Source: Octopus sinensis
Lineage: Eukaryota
Length of the DNA stretch: 64,000 nt
Assembly: GCF_006345805.1 (NCBI RefSeq)
Contig: NC_043018.1
Span: 23,436,001 to 23,500,000, forward strand
Direction: 5' to 3'
Notes under the pieces: model-generated
The model's input: the letters and a program-made list of their open reading frames with translations, nothing else
What the model was told of the DNA's origin: nothing
Database searches by the model: none
In this document: one piece after another, positions 13,209 through 25,930 of the stretch
How the letters are laid out: each line of letters opens with the position of its first letter
How positions within the stretch are numbered: the first letter of the stretch is position 1
Program-made: the position numbers and the translations under genes

Positions 13209-13642
13209 TATTTAAGTATTTATACATATATATGCATACATGTATATAGAAAATATATATATGTACATACATACACATGCATACATACATATGCATGTAT
13301 AACACATGCACACACACACACCTGTGTGTATGTGCGTTTATGTCAGTATAAATTTATATATATGTATACATATTTAGGTATTCATAAGGGGAAAGTTTAC
13401 GAAAATAAACAAAAGACGAAGGCAGGTGGAGTACAAACAAACAAATGTATTAGTATAGCGCTCAGGAATAGAAAAAGTCTTTTACGTTTCGAGCCTATGC
13501 TCTTCATACATACATATGCATACATATATATAGAAAATATATAGTTTGAATGCTAAATGATTAAAGTACCTCAGTTCAGCCAACAAATAACACATCCACC
13601 TCCACAATGTGTGTATATGTGCTCACACATGCACAAACACAT

Positions 13643-13721
<79 letters not shown>

Positions 13722-13801
13722 CTCAAAGGTAAATATGCATCATTTTTGAAAGATATATTTCTAGAAATAAAATAATGTCATTTGATGCATTTAAATACTT
13801 A

Positions 13802-13983
13802 CTGTATTTTAACATGTATAAAGAACCCCTTTTTGTCAAAAATTAGGTTAAAAAATATGGGAGTTTCTTATACATGGATAGTATTATGATCTCTTACAAA
13901 ACCATTTTTCCAAATTTTAAGCCCCGCCCAAAAACTAGAGGGTTCTTTTTACATGAGGGTTCCTTATACACATTAAAATACGG
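13802..13983. mobile_element. Tc1/pogo-like MITE with TA target duplication
   Basis: TA|CTGTATTTTAACATGTATAAAGAACCC ... GGGTTCCTTATACACATTAAAATACGG|TA, with internal GGGTT(T)CTT.TACATG sub-repeats. Confidence 0.65.
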
Positions 13984-14134
13984 TAAATCTTGTGTGTAGT
14001 AGACATGTCTTGTGCCGTTTTTAACCAGTTAATCTGCTTGGGTATTGTACTAATGGGTAGTGTCCACCCACATAGAACTGTATCATGAAAGGTGTCTATT
14101 TATTTTTTAATGTGTGTGTCTGCTTGTGTGTGTG

Positions 14135-14178
<44 letters not shown>

Positions 14179-14261
14179 ATACATATGTGTATACAATATA
14201 TCCATATATATATATATATATATATATACATATGTGTATACATATATATCCATATATATAT

Positions 14262-15434
14262 ATATATATAAAAAAGGAAATGAAGAAAATGCTGACAAAT
14301 AATTGAAGTAATTTAAGTAATTTAATTAGGTGAAAGTTCTTTTTACCGGTTGCGCATTGTTATGCTTATCAAAATATAAAAGAGAGATTAGAGTCTGTCT
14401 CTTATATGTGAAAAAAAGAGGCTCCAGAGTTGTTTTGGATTTGCTTGGTTTCGCGCCTAAAATTTTGATTGGTCATTATGAAGGGGTCACGTGAATGTTT
14501 GAATGGAAGTTGGTGTTGGGGTAAGAAAAAAGGCTCCAGAGAAGTTAAAATTTGGCTAGTGTCCCGCCTAAAATTTCTTATTGGCCATAATAAAGAGGTC
14601 ATGTGAATGTTAGATTTTCGAAAATAGTGTTGTTGAAAATTCTTATTGTTCAGGCTGGTCAGTAGACGTCATGTGGATATTTTAAATAGCTTTTTAGAGC
14701 GTAGTTAGGGAGTGTATTTTCCGCTTGACTGGATAAGTAAGTTCGTTTAGAACAGGGAGAGCTGTATGTATGTATGTGTGTGTGCGCGCGCGCGTGTGTG
14801 TGTGTGTGTGTGTTTATATGTATGTTGGGGGCGCGCGCGCGTGTATATATGTGTATGTGTGTGGGTACAATTTTCAATATTTATAGTTCTGCTGGCCTTG
14901 TGCCTAATATTTACAGCCATTTCCATACATACAGCTCTCCCTGTTCTAAACGAACTTACTTATCCAGTCAAGCGGAAAATACACTCCCTAACTACGCTCT
15001 AAAAAGCTATTTAAAATATCCACATGACGTCTACTGACCAGCCTGAACAATAAGAATTTTCAACAACACTATTTTCGAAAATTCTAAACATTCACATGAC
15101 CTCTTTATTATGGCCAATAAGAAATTTTAGGCGGGACACTAGCCAAATTTTAACTTCTCTGGAGCCTTTTTTCTTACCCCAACACCAACTTCCATTCAAA
15201 CATTCACGTGACCCCTTCATAATGACCAATCAAAATTTTAGGCGCGAAACCAAGCAAATCCAAAACGACTCTGGAGCCTCTTTTTTTCACATATAAGAGA
15301 CAGACTCTAATCTCTCTTTTATATTTTGATAAGCATAACAAATGCGCAACCGGTAAAAAGAACTTTCACTAATTAAATTACTTAAATTACTTCAATTATT
15401 TGTCAGCATTTCTTCATTTCCTTTTTTTATATAT
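14262..15434. repeat. Long inverted repeat: ~510-bp arms (14262-14772 and 14924-15434) with a 151-bp spacer
   Basis: Arms are reverse complements. The differences I found were one substitution and about 5 single-base indels in or near homopolymers. Each arm holds a diverged 112-bp internal duplication (GGCTCCAGAG at 14420 and 14532). Confidence 0.92.
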
Positions 15435-18006
15435 CACCACTCGTGTTCGACATCTCCTTTTTTTAAATAAATATATATATATATATACATATGTGTATAC
15501 ATATATATCCATATATATATATATATATATATAGATATATATATATACATATGTGTATACATATATATCCATATATAATATATATAATATATATATATAT
15601 ATATACATATGTGTATACAATATATCCATATATATATATATATATAAGCCCATATAAATTCATGCACATGTGTGTGTGTGTGTGTGTAAAGAGGTTTGTC
15701 TTGAGAAAAGTTAAAGAGTAGTTAAACAACAGAAATCCAGCAATAAAAAGAAAACAAACACAGAAAAAAATAGGAAAAAAATAAACAAATGTCATGTTAT
15801 TCAAATTCAACAAATCTGTTATTAAATTATTTTTATTGAATCAATCATGAACGCAGTTCTGGTTTTTGTTCTTCTCTGATTTTTCTTTTTCCTACTTTTT
15901 TTTGTTTTGTTACTTTGTTTCTGTTTATTCTTTTTTTTATATTTTGTTATTCTCTCTATTTCTTGTTTCATTCTGTTTTTTTTTTTCTTTTGCGACATTT
16001 TTTCTTTTCTGTTGCATTTTTTGTTTTTTATCTTCTTCTTCGATTCCTTTCAATGTCATTTGCCACAAAATTCAATGAAATTCTTGTTGATAGCGTTGCC
16101 GAAATCTGTGCAAAGTAGCAGTGGAGCTTAAAGACTCGAACGATGCAGCTATATATCTGTGCATTAATTATTGGTTTCTGCATTAAACCTCCACATCTGC
16201 TCCTGTCTGTTCACTTGTAACATTGATTTTTTTTGTTCATTTATTCTTCAAAACCGTGTAACACAGACATATTGCCTTCTTACAATTGAAGATTCGACAC
16301 AAAGATGATATAAAATTCCGCAAACAGACACGTAGCCATCTTGTTAGATACTTCTCTTTATTTTATTGAAATCTTGTTTCCATGAAGCCACAATTTTTGC
16401 TTTGGTTTTTCTCTTAGAATATATATATTCAAAGTAACAGAATACCTGTAAAATTAGGGTATAGATATTCAAAGAAAAATTTTTTAATAAAATTTCCAAT
16501 TTATCTCAGGTGTAAGTATGGTTCTGTGATTAAAAAGTTCGCTTTGCAACCAAATGATTTCAGGTTTTATCCCACTATGTGGCACCTTGGGCAAATGTCT
16601 TCTAATTTGGAAGACGGAAGCAACTTCTCTACTGCTGATGGCATGAGAAAAGCACCCTGTATACACTGTAATGTGGATGGTGCTACAAAGGGCATCTAGC
16701 TGTAAAAACCATGCTAAAGCAGACATTGGAGCATTATTCAGTCCTTGGACACATCAGATCTTCTCAACTTGTCTAACACATATCAACATGGAACAGGAAT
16801 ATTAAATGATGATGATTATTATTATAAATGTATATGTGTGTGTATATATATATATATATATATTCTCATTTTAAAAATCATCTCTGGTTAATCGTTGAGA
16901 GGACATTGGTGTTACCTTGGTAGAGGTTTGCACTCTCTGAGTGATCTTGTTGCTAATACCATCAAACCAATTAATGACTCTTATATTGCTGGAATCTAGT
17001 TCCATTCTCAATATTAGTATTCCATAAGATATTCTTACTAACTAATCCTATTTTAGTTTTCATAGGATTAATCTACACTTTGAATTAGCAATAAACATAT
17101 CCATATGTTCATTCAGTTTAATATTGTTAGTTTGTTTATGTCCCTGTAATTTAGCTGTTCAGCCAAAAAAGACCAATAAAGCAAGTTAATTGACTTTAGA
17201 AAAACAAGTACTGGGGTTGATTTGACTAAACCCTTCAAGGTGGTGCCCCAGCATGGCCCCAGTTCAGTGAGTGATAAAAAAAATCTCCTCCATCACCTTC
17301 GAATTCTGAGGAGAGGCCCTGTAAGACAATCTGGTTCACATCCAATCTTTCATTAATTTCCTAACATTTCCCCACTAACCACTGCTACAGAAAACTGTTC
17401 AGAAGTAACATTCTAAAACTGAGATAGAACTGTACCTACTGAAAGTAACCTAATATTTAGCAAGATTATATAAAGGGAAAAGTTCAGTAATGAAGTATAT
17501 TTAGAATGAACACTTGGAAGGAAATCAAAATTGTGCTGAAAGATAATATGAAATTGCGAAATGAATAAATATATATTGATATACATATATTAAGTTTGTG
17601 TATAGGGAAAAATAGATAAAAAAAATAAAGTGAAAATGTAAAGGACGAATTCAAAATTAGAAAACTGTGTAAAGGTGAAATGAAATATTAGATAATAATA
17701 CTGATAATGATAAATAGTGACAAAAAATTAAAGAGTTAAATCTTATCCATTCAAAAATAGCATATAAAGATTATAGACTGCTAAAAATAGCACTAATTGA
17801 AAATTTAATTATAGCAGTATGATGTTGAATAAAAAAAGTAATTTGTGTGAATTAAATTAGGTAAAGATGAAAAAGAAAAATAACAACTTTAGACGAAGTA
17901 ATTAATTGGAAGAAATAAATAAGAACTCGAAAATATATCTTGGGATTTGAGTGAAGATGATATTGTTTTAGAGATTTTTCTAAGTGTAAGAAAAATAATA
18001 TATTAG

Positions 18007-18410
18007 GCGCAGGAGTGGCTGTGTGGTAAGTAGCTTGCTAACCAACCACATGGTTCCGGGTTCAGTCCCACTGCGTGGCATCTTGGGCAAGTGTCTTCTG
18101 CTATAGCCTCAGGCCGACCAATGCCTTGTGAGTGGATTTGGTAGACGGAAACTGAAAGAAGCCTGTCGTATATATGTATATATATGTATATATGTGTGTG
18201 CGTGTATGTTTGTGTTTGTCCCCCTAGCATTGCTTGACAACCGATGCTGGTGTGTTTATGTCCCCGTCACTTAGTGGTTCAGCAAAAGAGACCGATAGAA
18301 TAAGTACTGGGCTTACAAAGAATAAGTCCCGGGGTCGATTTGCTCGACTAAAGGCGGTGCTCCAGCATGGCCGCAGTCAAATGACTGAAACAAGTAAAAG
18401 AGTAAAAGAG
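18007..18410 (+). mobile_element. tRNA-derived SINE, family B (head, internal (TA)/(TG) microsatellite, tail); copies at ~107-535(-), 9495-9890(-), 11995-12390, 47845-48250(-), plus many partial copies
   Basis: Head GTGGCTGTGTGGTAAG..GGTTCAGTCCC..GGCACCTTGGGCAAGTGTCTT; tail ..GGTGCTCCAGCATGGCCGCAGTCAAATGACTGAAACAAGTAAAAGAGT. Confidence 0.85.
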
Positions 18411-20459
18411 TATACAATCATTTTCAAATAAAATGGATTTATTTCAAAATAAATATGGAAAAGGAGTTACAGGGATGGCTATGCAGATACAGGGATTTTG
18501 TTGTATAAAACCATATGGTTTCAAGTTCTATCTCACTATAATAATAATAAATATTATTATAATAATAAATAGTATCCGTCCAACTCCTATCCACTCACCC
18601 TATTCAATCCTCTGCACCATTTCTCTTGTATACACTTCTTTGTGATTTGAGGGTATGCTCTGGCTCATCTCTCTCTCTCTCTCCCTCACTCTCTGTCTCT
18701 CCCACCCACCCCTACAGGGGTAACACTGTATCTCCCTACAACAAGACCTCTATTTCTTATTTCTTTACTACCCACAAGGGGCTAAACACAGAGGGGACAA
18801 ACAAGGACAGACAAAGGGATTAAGTCAATTACATCGACCCCAATGCGTAACTAGTACTTATTTAATTGACCCCTGTAAGGATGAAAGGCTAAGTTGACCT
18901 CGGCAGAATTTGAACTCAGAACATAGTGGCAGATGAAATACTGCTAAGCATTTTGTCTGGTGTGCTAATGTTTCTGCCAGCTTGCCGCCTTACAAGACTT
19001 CTATTTCTGTCCCTCTATCATACTTTAACCTTTCATCATCTGGCACAAAGCTACTTCACTCAACACTACACCCACCTAAGTTTTGGGGTTTTTGTCTTGC
19101 AAATTACTTACTAACCTCAACAGTGTTGGTGCCACATTAAAAATCCCCCAGCAACACTCTTTAAAGTGGTTGGCATCAGGAAGAGCATCCAGCTGTTGAA
19201 ACGATGCCAAAACAGACAGCAGAGCTAGGCACAGTCTTCAGGCTTGTCAATCCATCTACCCTATGTCAGCATGGAAAGCAGACATTGAATGATGATGATG
19301 ATGTTCAACGGATCCTAGCATGATTAAATGGATATAAAACAAATCAGTGTTAATACATTGTGTGCATAAGGCAGCGAGGTAGGAAACTCTTCAGCATGTC
19401 AGGCATTCATCCATCTTTAGGTTTTGAATTCAAGTTATGTCTAGGTTAACTTTGCCTTTCATCCTTTCAAGGTCAATAAAATTAGTACCAGTTGGACACT
19501 GAGGTTGAATTAAACGACCCCCCCCCCGCACCAAATTGCCGGCCTTGTGCCAAAATTTGAAACCAATGTAGGGTGCGTATACCTTTTTCCATTTCTGGCA
19601 AGGAAGAAGTCTGATGTGATACTCTTGAATGAGGAGCATAAACTAGTACATATTGTTGAATTAACTGTTCCACATGTGTGAAATATTGGGTTTCAAATTG
19701 TGGCGTAAGGTCACAGCCTGTCATGAAATTAATGTGCAAGTGGCTGAGTGCTCCACAGACACATGTACCCTTAATATAGTTCTTAGGAGGGAGATTCAGC
19801 ATGAGACAGAATGTGATAAGGTCGGTCCTTTGAGATTCAAGGATTACCCATTTTTGGCAGCTGAGTGGACTGGAGCAATGTGAAATGAAGTATCTTGCTC
19901 AAGGACACAATGTGTAACCGGGAATTGAACTAATGGCCTTATAATCATGAGCCGAGTACCCTAATCAGTAAGTCACATACCTTCATTACATACGTGTGCA
20001 TGATGGGTCTCTACACAGTTTTTGTTTACCAAATTCACTCACAAGACATTGGTCAACCCAGAGCTATAATAGAAGACGTTTACCCAAGGTGCCATAGAGT
20101 CAGATTGAACCCAAATCACATGCTCGCAAAGTGAATTTCTTAACTACACAACAGTACCAGCACCTAATCGCTCAAACATTTTGGGTGAGGTTGTATGTTT
20201 AAATTTAAAATGTAAATGTCCAAATCCTGTTGAACTAAAATTAAAAAGATAAGATTCACAATGAAAAAACACAAAGCAAAAAAAACAAAGCAAAATCTAG
20301 AGAAGGTTATCTTATAGTTCGTACGTATATCAAAAGGACCGAAAACATTTAGTGTACAAAGGTGTATAAACAGTAAACAAAATACAAAGAAATTGGTATA
20401 AAAATTTGAATAAATATTTTCAGTCCACCTGTGCATACCTTCCTTCTTGTGACACTTGT

Positions 20460-21100
20460 GAAGACCTGTTGAGGCAAGTGAAAATCAAAACAAATCAAAA
20501 TAGATGAACATCAATGGAATTTGTATCTTTGTGGTACCAGTGCCGGTGGCACACAAGAAAGCCATCCGAACGTGGCCGTAGCCAGTACCGCATCGACTGG
20601 CCTCCGTGCTGTGGGCACGTAACAAACACCATCCGATCGTGGCCGTTCGCCAGCCTCATCTGGCACCTGTGTCGGTGGCACATAAAAACACCATCCGAGC
20701 ATGGCTGTCTGCCAGCCTCGTCTGGCACCTGTGTCGGTGGCACATAAAAAAACACCATCCGAGCGTGGCCGTTCGCCAGCCTCGTCTGGCACCTGTGTCG
20801 GTGGCACATAAAAAAACACCATCCGAGCGTGGCCGTCTCCCAGCCTCGTCTGGCATCTGTGTCGGTGGCACATAAAAAACACCATCCGAGCGTGGCCGTT
20901 CGCCAGCCTCGTCTGGCACCTGTGTCGGTGGCACATAAAATCACCCACTACACTCTCGGAGTGGTTGGCGTTAGGAAGGGCATCCAGCTGTAGAAACACT
21001 GCCAGATCTGACTGGCCTGGTGCAGCCTTCGGGCTCCCCAGACCCCAGTTGAACCGTCCAACCCATGCTAGCATGGAAAGCGGACGTTAAATGATGATGA
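20460..21100 (+). mobile_element. RTE-type 3' UTR repeat with an expanded ~63-bp internal tandem array; related copies at ~968-1370(-), 8100-8440(-), 44280-44605(+), 52500-52860(-)
   Basis: Shared tail GGAAGGGCATCCAGCTGTAGAAAC..AACCCATGCTAGCATGGAAAGCGGACGTTAAA(TGA)n. Unit start AAACACCATCCGA recurs at ~20624, 20686, 20751, 20815 and 20878. Confidence 0.75.
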
Positions 21101-21280
21101 TTTATCATATTTTATGGTTCTATTGCTCTTAAGTCCTTTTATTTGGTAGTGTCTGCTCAATTGATTACTATCTCTTTGAATATAATGTCTGTAGGTGGGC
21201 ATATGTGTGTGTGTTTGTATATATGTCATCACCCCTCTCTCTCTCTCATATATGTGTGTGTGTGTACATATATATCATCA

Positions 21281-21990
21281 TCATCATCATCGTTTAACAT
21301 CTGCTTTCCATGTTGGCATGGGTTGGACAGTTTGACTGGGGACTGGCAAGCCAGGAGGCCACACCAGGCTCCAGTCTGATCTGGCAGAGTTTCTACAGCT
21401 GAATGCCCTTCCTAACGCCAACCACTCCAAGAGTGTAGTGGATGCTTTTACGTGCCACAGGCACGAGGGCCAGTTAGGTGGTTCTGGCAACGACCACACT
21501 CAAAAGGTGTTTTTTACATGCTACCTGCACGGGAGCCAGTCCAGCAGCACTGGCAATGTCCACGCTCGAATGGTACATTTCACATGTCGCCGGCACAGGA
21601 GCCAATCCGTGGCCCTGGCTACAATCATGCTCGGATGTGCTCTTAACATTCCACTGGCATGAGTGCCAATCAGGTGGTACTGTCATCAGCCATGTCAGCA
21701 ATTTTGATTTGATTTCACTGGCCTCAATAGGTCTTCGCAAGCAAAGTTTATTGTCCACTGAATGAGGGGTACTCAAAAGTGGGCTGGTTACACCCACTGG
21801 CATAGGCCACCGAGCTATGGTCTCACTTGGCTTGTCGGGTCTTCTCAAGCACAGCATATCTCCAGAGGTCTCGGTCACTAGTCATTGCCTCAGTAAAGCC
21901 CAATGTTCAAAGGTCATACTTCACCACCTCATCCCAGGTCCTCCTGGGTCTACCTCTTTCACAAGTTCCCTCAACTGCTAGGGTGTGACA
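21281..21990 (-). mobile_element. 5'-truncated RTE-clade LINE: ORF C-terminus plus 3' UTR ending in (GAT)n
   Basis: CHTLAVEGTCERGRPRRTWDEVVKYDL..AMTSDRDLWRYAVLEKT followed by the common GTGCCA-rich UTR and a (CAT)n tract on the + strand. Confidence 0.8.
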
Positions 21991-23209
21991 CTATATAAGA
22001 AGTTGAAAATGCTCAAGGAGTCTTTTAGGTGGTTTATTTTTAAAATATAACATCTTAAAAAACTTCCTGTACATTTTTTAACTTCTTTTTTTCTACAGTT
22101 CTATCAATGTGGAATAAACGACTTACTTTTCTACACACACACACACACACACTATAACAAAAAAGGAAATTGGAGAGATTTTGGCATTATCTATAACACT
22201 TGTTTCATTTTGCTAATAGGAATTACGAAGTTTTGCATGTTAGATAGACATATAAGGAATTTTCTATTATAAATTCTTCAGAGAGAGAAATTAAATAATG
22301 CAAATTTTATGTTTGGACGAAGTGTTTATATTAATATTTAGCTGGTAATCAGGAGTAACACAGACAACCCTGATGAGAGAACAAAAGAGAGACACTCACT
22401 CATGTCAAGGCCAGGGGACTCTCTCTCTCTCTCACACTCTCTCACAGCCCTACTTCTTATTCATCTCTCTAGCTACATTGTACATCCATCCTTTATATTT
22501 TCCCCTCACTTTCCTCTTTTCTGGTTTCTGCACATGCGCACACACACACACAGAGTCTCTGTATGTATCAGTTTCTTATTTCTTCATTGCCCACAAGGGG
22601 CTAAACACAGAGGGGACAAACGAGGACAGAGAAAGGGATTAAGTCAATTAAATCGACCCCAGTGCGCAACTGGTACTTAATTTATCGACCCCAAAAGGAT
22701 GAAAGGCAAAGTCGACCTCGGCGGAATTTGAACTCCGAACGTAACGGCAGACGAAATACGGCTACGCATTTCGCCCGGCGTGCTAACGTTTCTGCCAGCT
22801 CACTGCCTGTGTGTATCAGTTTCTGCCAACCAAACCCTCTCACAAGACTTTGGTCAGCCTGGAGCTAGAATAGAAAATACTTGTCCAAGATGCCACAGAC
22901 AGAGTGGGACGGGGTGAGCTGGCAGAAACGTTAGCACGCCGGGCGAAATGCTTAGCGGTACTTCGTCTGTTGTTACGTTGTGAGTTCAAATTCCACCGCG
23001 GTCGACTTTACCTTTCATCCTTTCGGGGGTCAATTAAAACAAGTACCAGTTACACACTGGGGTCGATGTAATCAACTTGATCTCCTTGTTTGTCCCCTCT
23101 ATGTTTAGCTCCCTTGAGGGCAACAAAGAAATAAATACTGTATGGTAAGGGCTTGAGTAGAAAATACTTGCCCAAGGTGCCAAACACTGAAACTGAACCC
23201 CAAACTGTA

Positions 23210-23246
<37 letters not shown>

Positions 23247-24059
23247 CTGTGTGAGTTGATTTCGTTCCTGACAACTAAATCCACTAATAAAACTTTCAGT
23301 TTGCAGCAAGAATAGAAAACACTTACCCAAAGTACCACACAGTGGGTTTGAACTCAAAGCTATATGATTGAGAGACAAACCTCTTACCACACGGCCACAC
23401 TTGCATCGCTCTCTCTCTTTGTTAAATCCAATATCAAATCATATTTATACCTATTTCTTTATTACCCACAAGGGTCTAAACACAGAGAGGACAAACAAGG
23501 ACAGACATAGGTATTAAGTCGATTACATCGACCCCAGTGCGTAACTGGTACTTAATTTATCGACCCCAAAAGGATGAAAGGCAAAGTCGACCTCGGCGGA
23601 ATTTGAACTCTGAACGTAACGGCAGACGAAATACCGCTAAGCATTTCGCCCGGTGTGCTAACGTTTCTGCCAGCTCGCCACCTTAATTTCGACACACACT
23701 ACATCATCATCATCTGTCTTTTCAGTTCTGATACAAATAAAGTTATCTATTTAGGACTCACAGTCAGTTTTTGCACAAACCGTCTTGTTTCTTTAGATCT
23801 GGTTGAATATTGGGAGCTAATGTTTCATGTTTATATTATCATAACCTGTATCATCCTTTCAGCATCTGTTTCTTCATGCTTGTGTGGTTTAGATGCATCA
23901 GTTTAACCATCGCTGTCACTAAGGTGGCTGTTTAATGGTTTGACGATGGCATTAATTGTATCAAAACATGAGTAAAGGATTTGTCTCTACTTTGAGCCCC
24001 GTTTGTCTTTGATCTGGTAAACAGAGGCACATATCTCTATACATATGCGTTAAATATCT

Positions 24060-24063
24060 GCAA

Positions 24064-24094
<31 letters not shown>

Positions 24095-24101
24095 ATCATG
24101 G

Positions 24102-24132
<31 letters not shown>

Positions 24133-24590
24133 CTAAATATCTGCTTACACACATATATATTCATATATATATATATATATATAATATCTGCATACACACA
24201 TATATATATTCATATATATATAATCATGGTGTTGTATATAATATATATATCTATATACACACATATATATTATACACACACACACACACATAATCACCAT
24301 GGTATGTATATATATATATATAAATGATATTCATCATGGTATATATATATATTATATATATATATAAATATCTGCATACACACATATATATTCATATATA
24401 TATATAATATCTGCATACACACATATATATATTCATATATATATAATCATGGTGTGTGTATATAATATATATATCTATATACACACATATATATTATACA
24501 CACACACACACACATAATCACCATGGTATGTATATATATATATATATATAAATGATATTCATCATGGTATATATATATATATATATACTG
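24060..24590. repeat. Compound (TA)/(CA) microsatellite containing an internally duplicated ~220-bp block
   Basis: ATAATCATGGTG..ATAATCACCATGGTATG..ATTCATCATGG occurs at ~24220 and ~24443. Confidence 0.8.
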
Positions 24591-25194
24591 GAATGTGATG
24601 CAGTCCTTGGATTCTGTCAATCCATCCAACCCATTCCAGCATGAAACATGAGTGTTAATTGATGATGATGATTTTATATGTATGTATGCGTATACATATT
24701 TGCATATGGAGTGGTATATATATCTGCGTGCGTGTATGTGTGTTGATTAAGTAGCGAGGGTTTTATGGCTACCTTACTCTGTGCATGTTCAGCATTTGAT
24801 TGCGTGCGTAGTAACATGAATACATCTTCTGAGCTTAGGTATTGAAGCGTAGCAGAGCATATGGCATTCTAAATAAATGGTTACATGTCATGCTTTATAG
24901 AATCACATTAATAATGAATGGTGGGGGGAGGCACGGGCAGAGGGGTGGCACTGGCACAGGGACGAGCAAGGAGGCACGGCATGCAGTGTGGTTAAGATGG
25001 TCACTTCCCAGCCACATGATCCTCTGAGTGTCGTTTGTTAAAACTTCAAGCTGTCTGTCTTGTGAGGGAATTGGGTAAGTGGAAACTAAAAAAAGAGCTG
25101 TCATGTGTATATGGGTGTATGTATGTATGTGTATGTGTGTGTGTGTGTGTTCTTTTCTGTTTTTGATTATTTAAATAATTCCTTTGGAGAAGGA

Positions 25195-25794
25195 GCCAGT
25201 TTCTAACAAAGATACAAAGCTCCATCTTTGGAATTTAGATATCGAAAACTGTCATATTTTAAACCTGAGAATAGTCTTGCATAGTTTTACTGTTCCACTT
25301 ACAAATTGGATTTGTAATGTACAAGTCAGAAGTATTGTTACTGTCAGCAAATGGATGAAATGCCTAAGAAACTCTGACAACAGCCAGCATTGGTCAATAG
25401 AAAAGGAGCAATTCTTCTCCATGACAACGCTCAGCCGCATGTCACACAACTGACCCTGCAGAAGTTGAATGAATTGGGCTACAAAATTCTGCCTCATCTG
25501 CCATACTCACCAGACCTCTTGCCTATCGACTACCACTTTTTCAAGCATCTCGACAACTTTCTGCATGAGAAATGCTTCAAAAACCAAGACAATGCCAAAC
25601 TTGCCATCAACAACTTCATCACCACCAGAACGCAGGGTTTTTACGTTACTGGCATAAATAAACTTGTTTCGCGTTGGCAAAACGTGTGTTGATTCTGATG
25701 GTGTTTATTTCTATTAATAAATTTTTGTTTGAGCTGAGATATGTGCATCTGAATTTAAAGGTTAAAAACCGCAAGAACTTTCTTGACAACCTAA
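25195..25794 (+). mobile_element. Mariner (Hsmar1/cecropia-like) transposase 3' remnant with right TIR
   Basis: QQMDEM..QPALVNRKGAILLHDNAQPH..LPYSPDLLPIDYHFFKHLDNFL..KLVSRWQ. TIR CCGCAAGAACTTTCTTGACAACCTAA followed by TA at 25795-96. Confidence 0.9.
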
Positions 25795-25883
25795 TACACA
25801 CACACACACACATCATCATCATCATCATCATCCGTTTTCCATGCTAGCATGGGTTGGACACACACACGCACATATATATATGT

Positions 25884-25914
<31 letters not shown>

Positions 25915-25930
<16 letters not shown>

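Noticed and set aside
17390-18000. A-rich, codon-like stretch suggesting a decayed Polinton or viral gene
   Set aside because: No recognisable motif and many stops in every frame.
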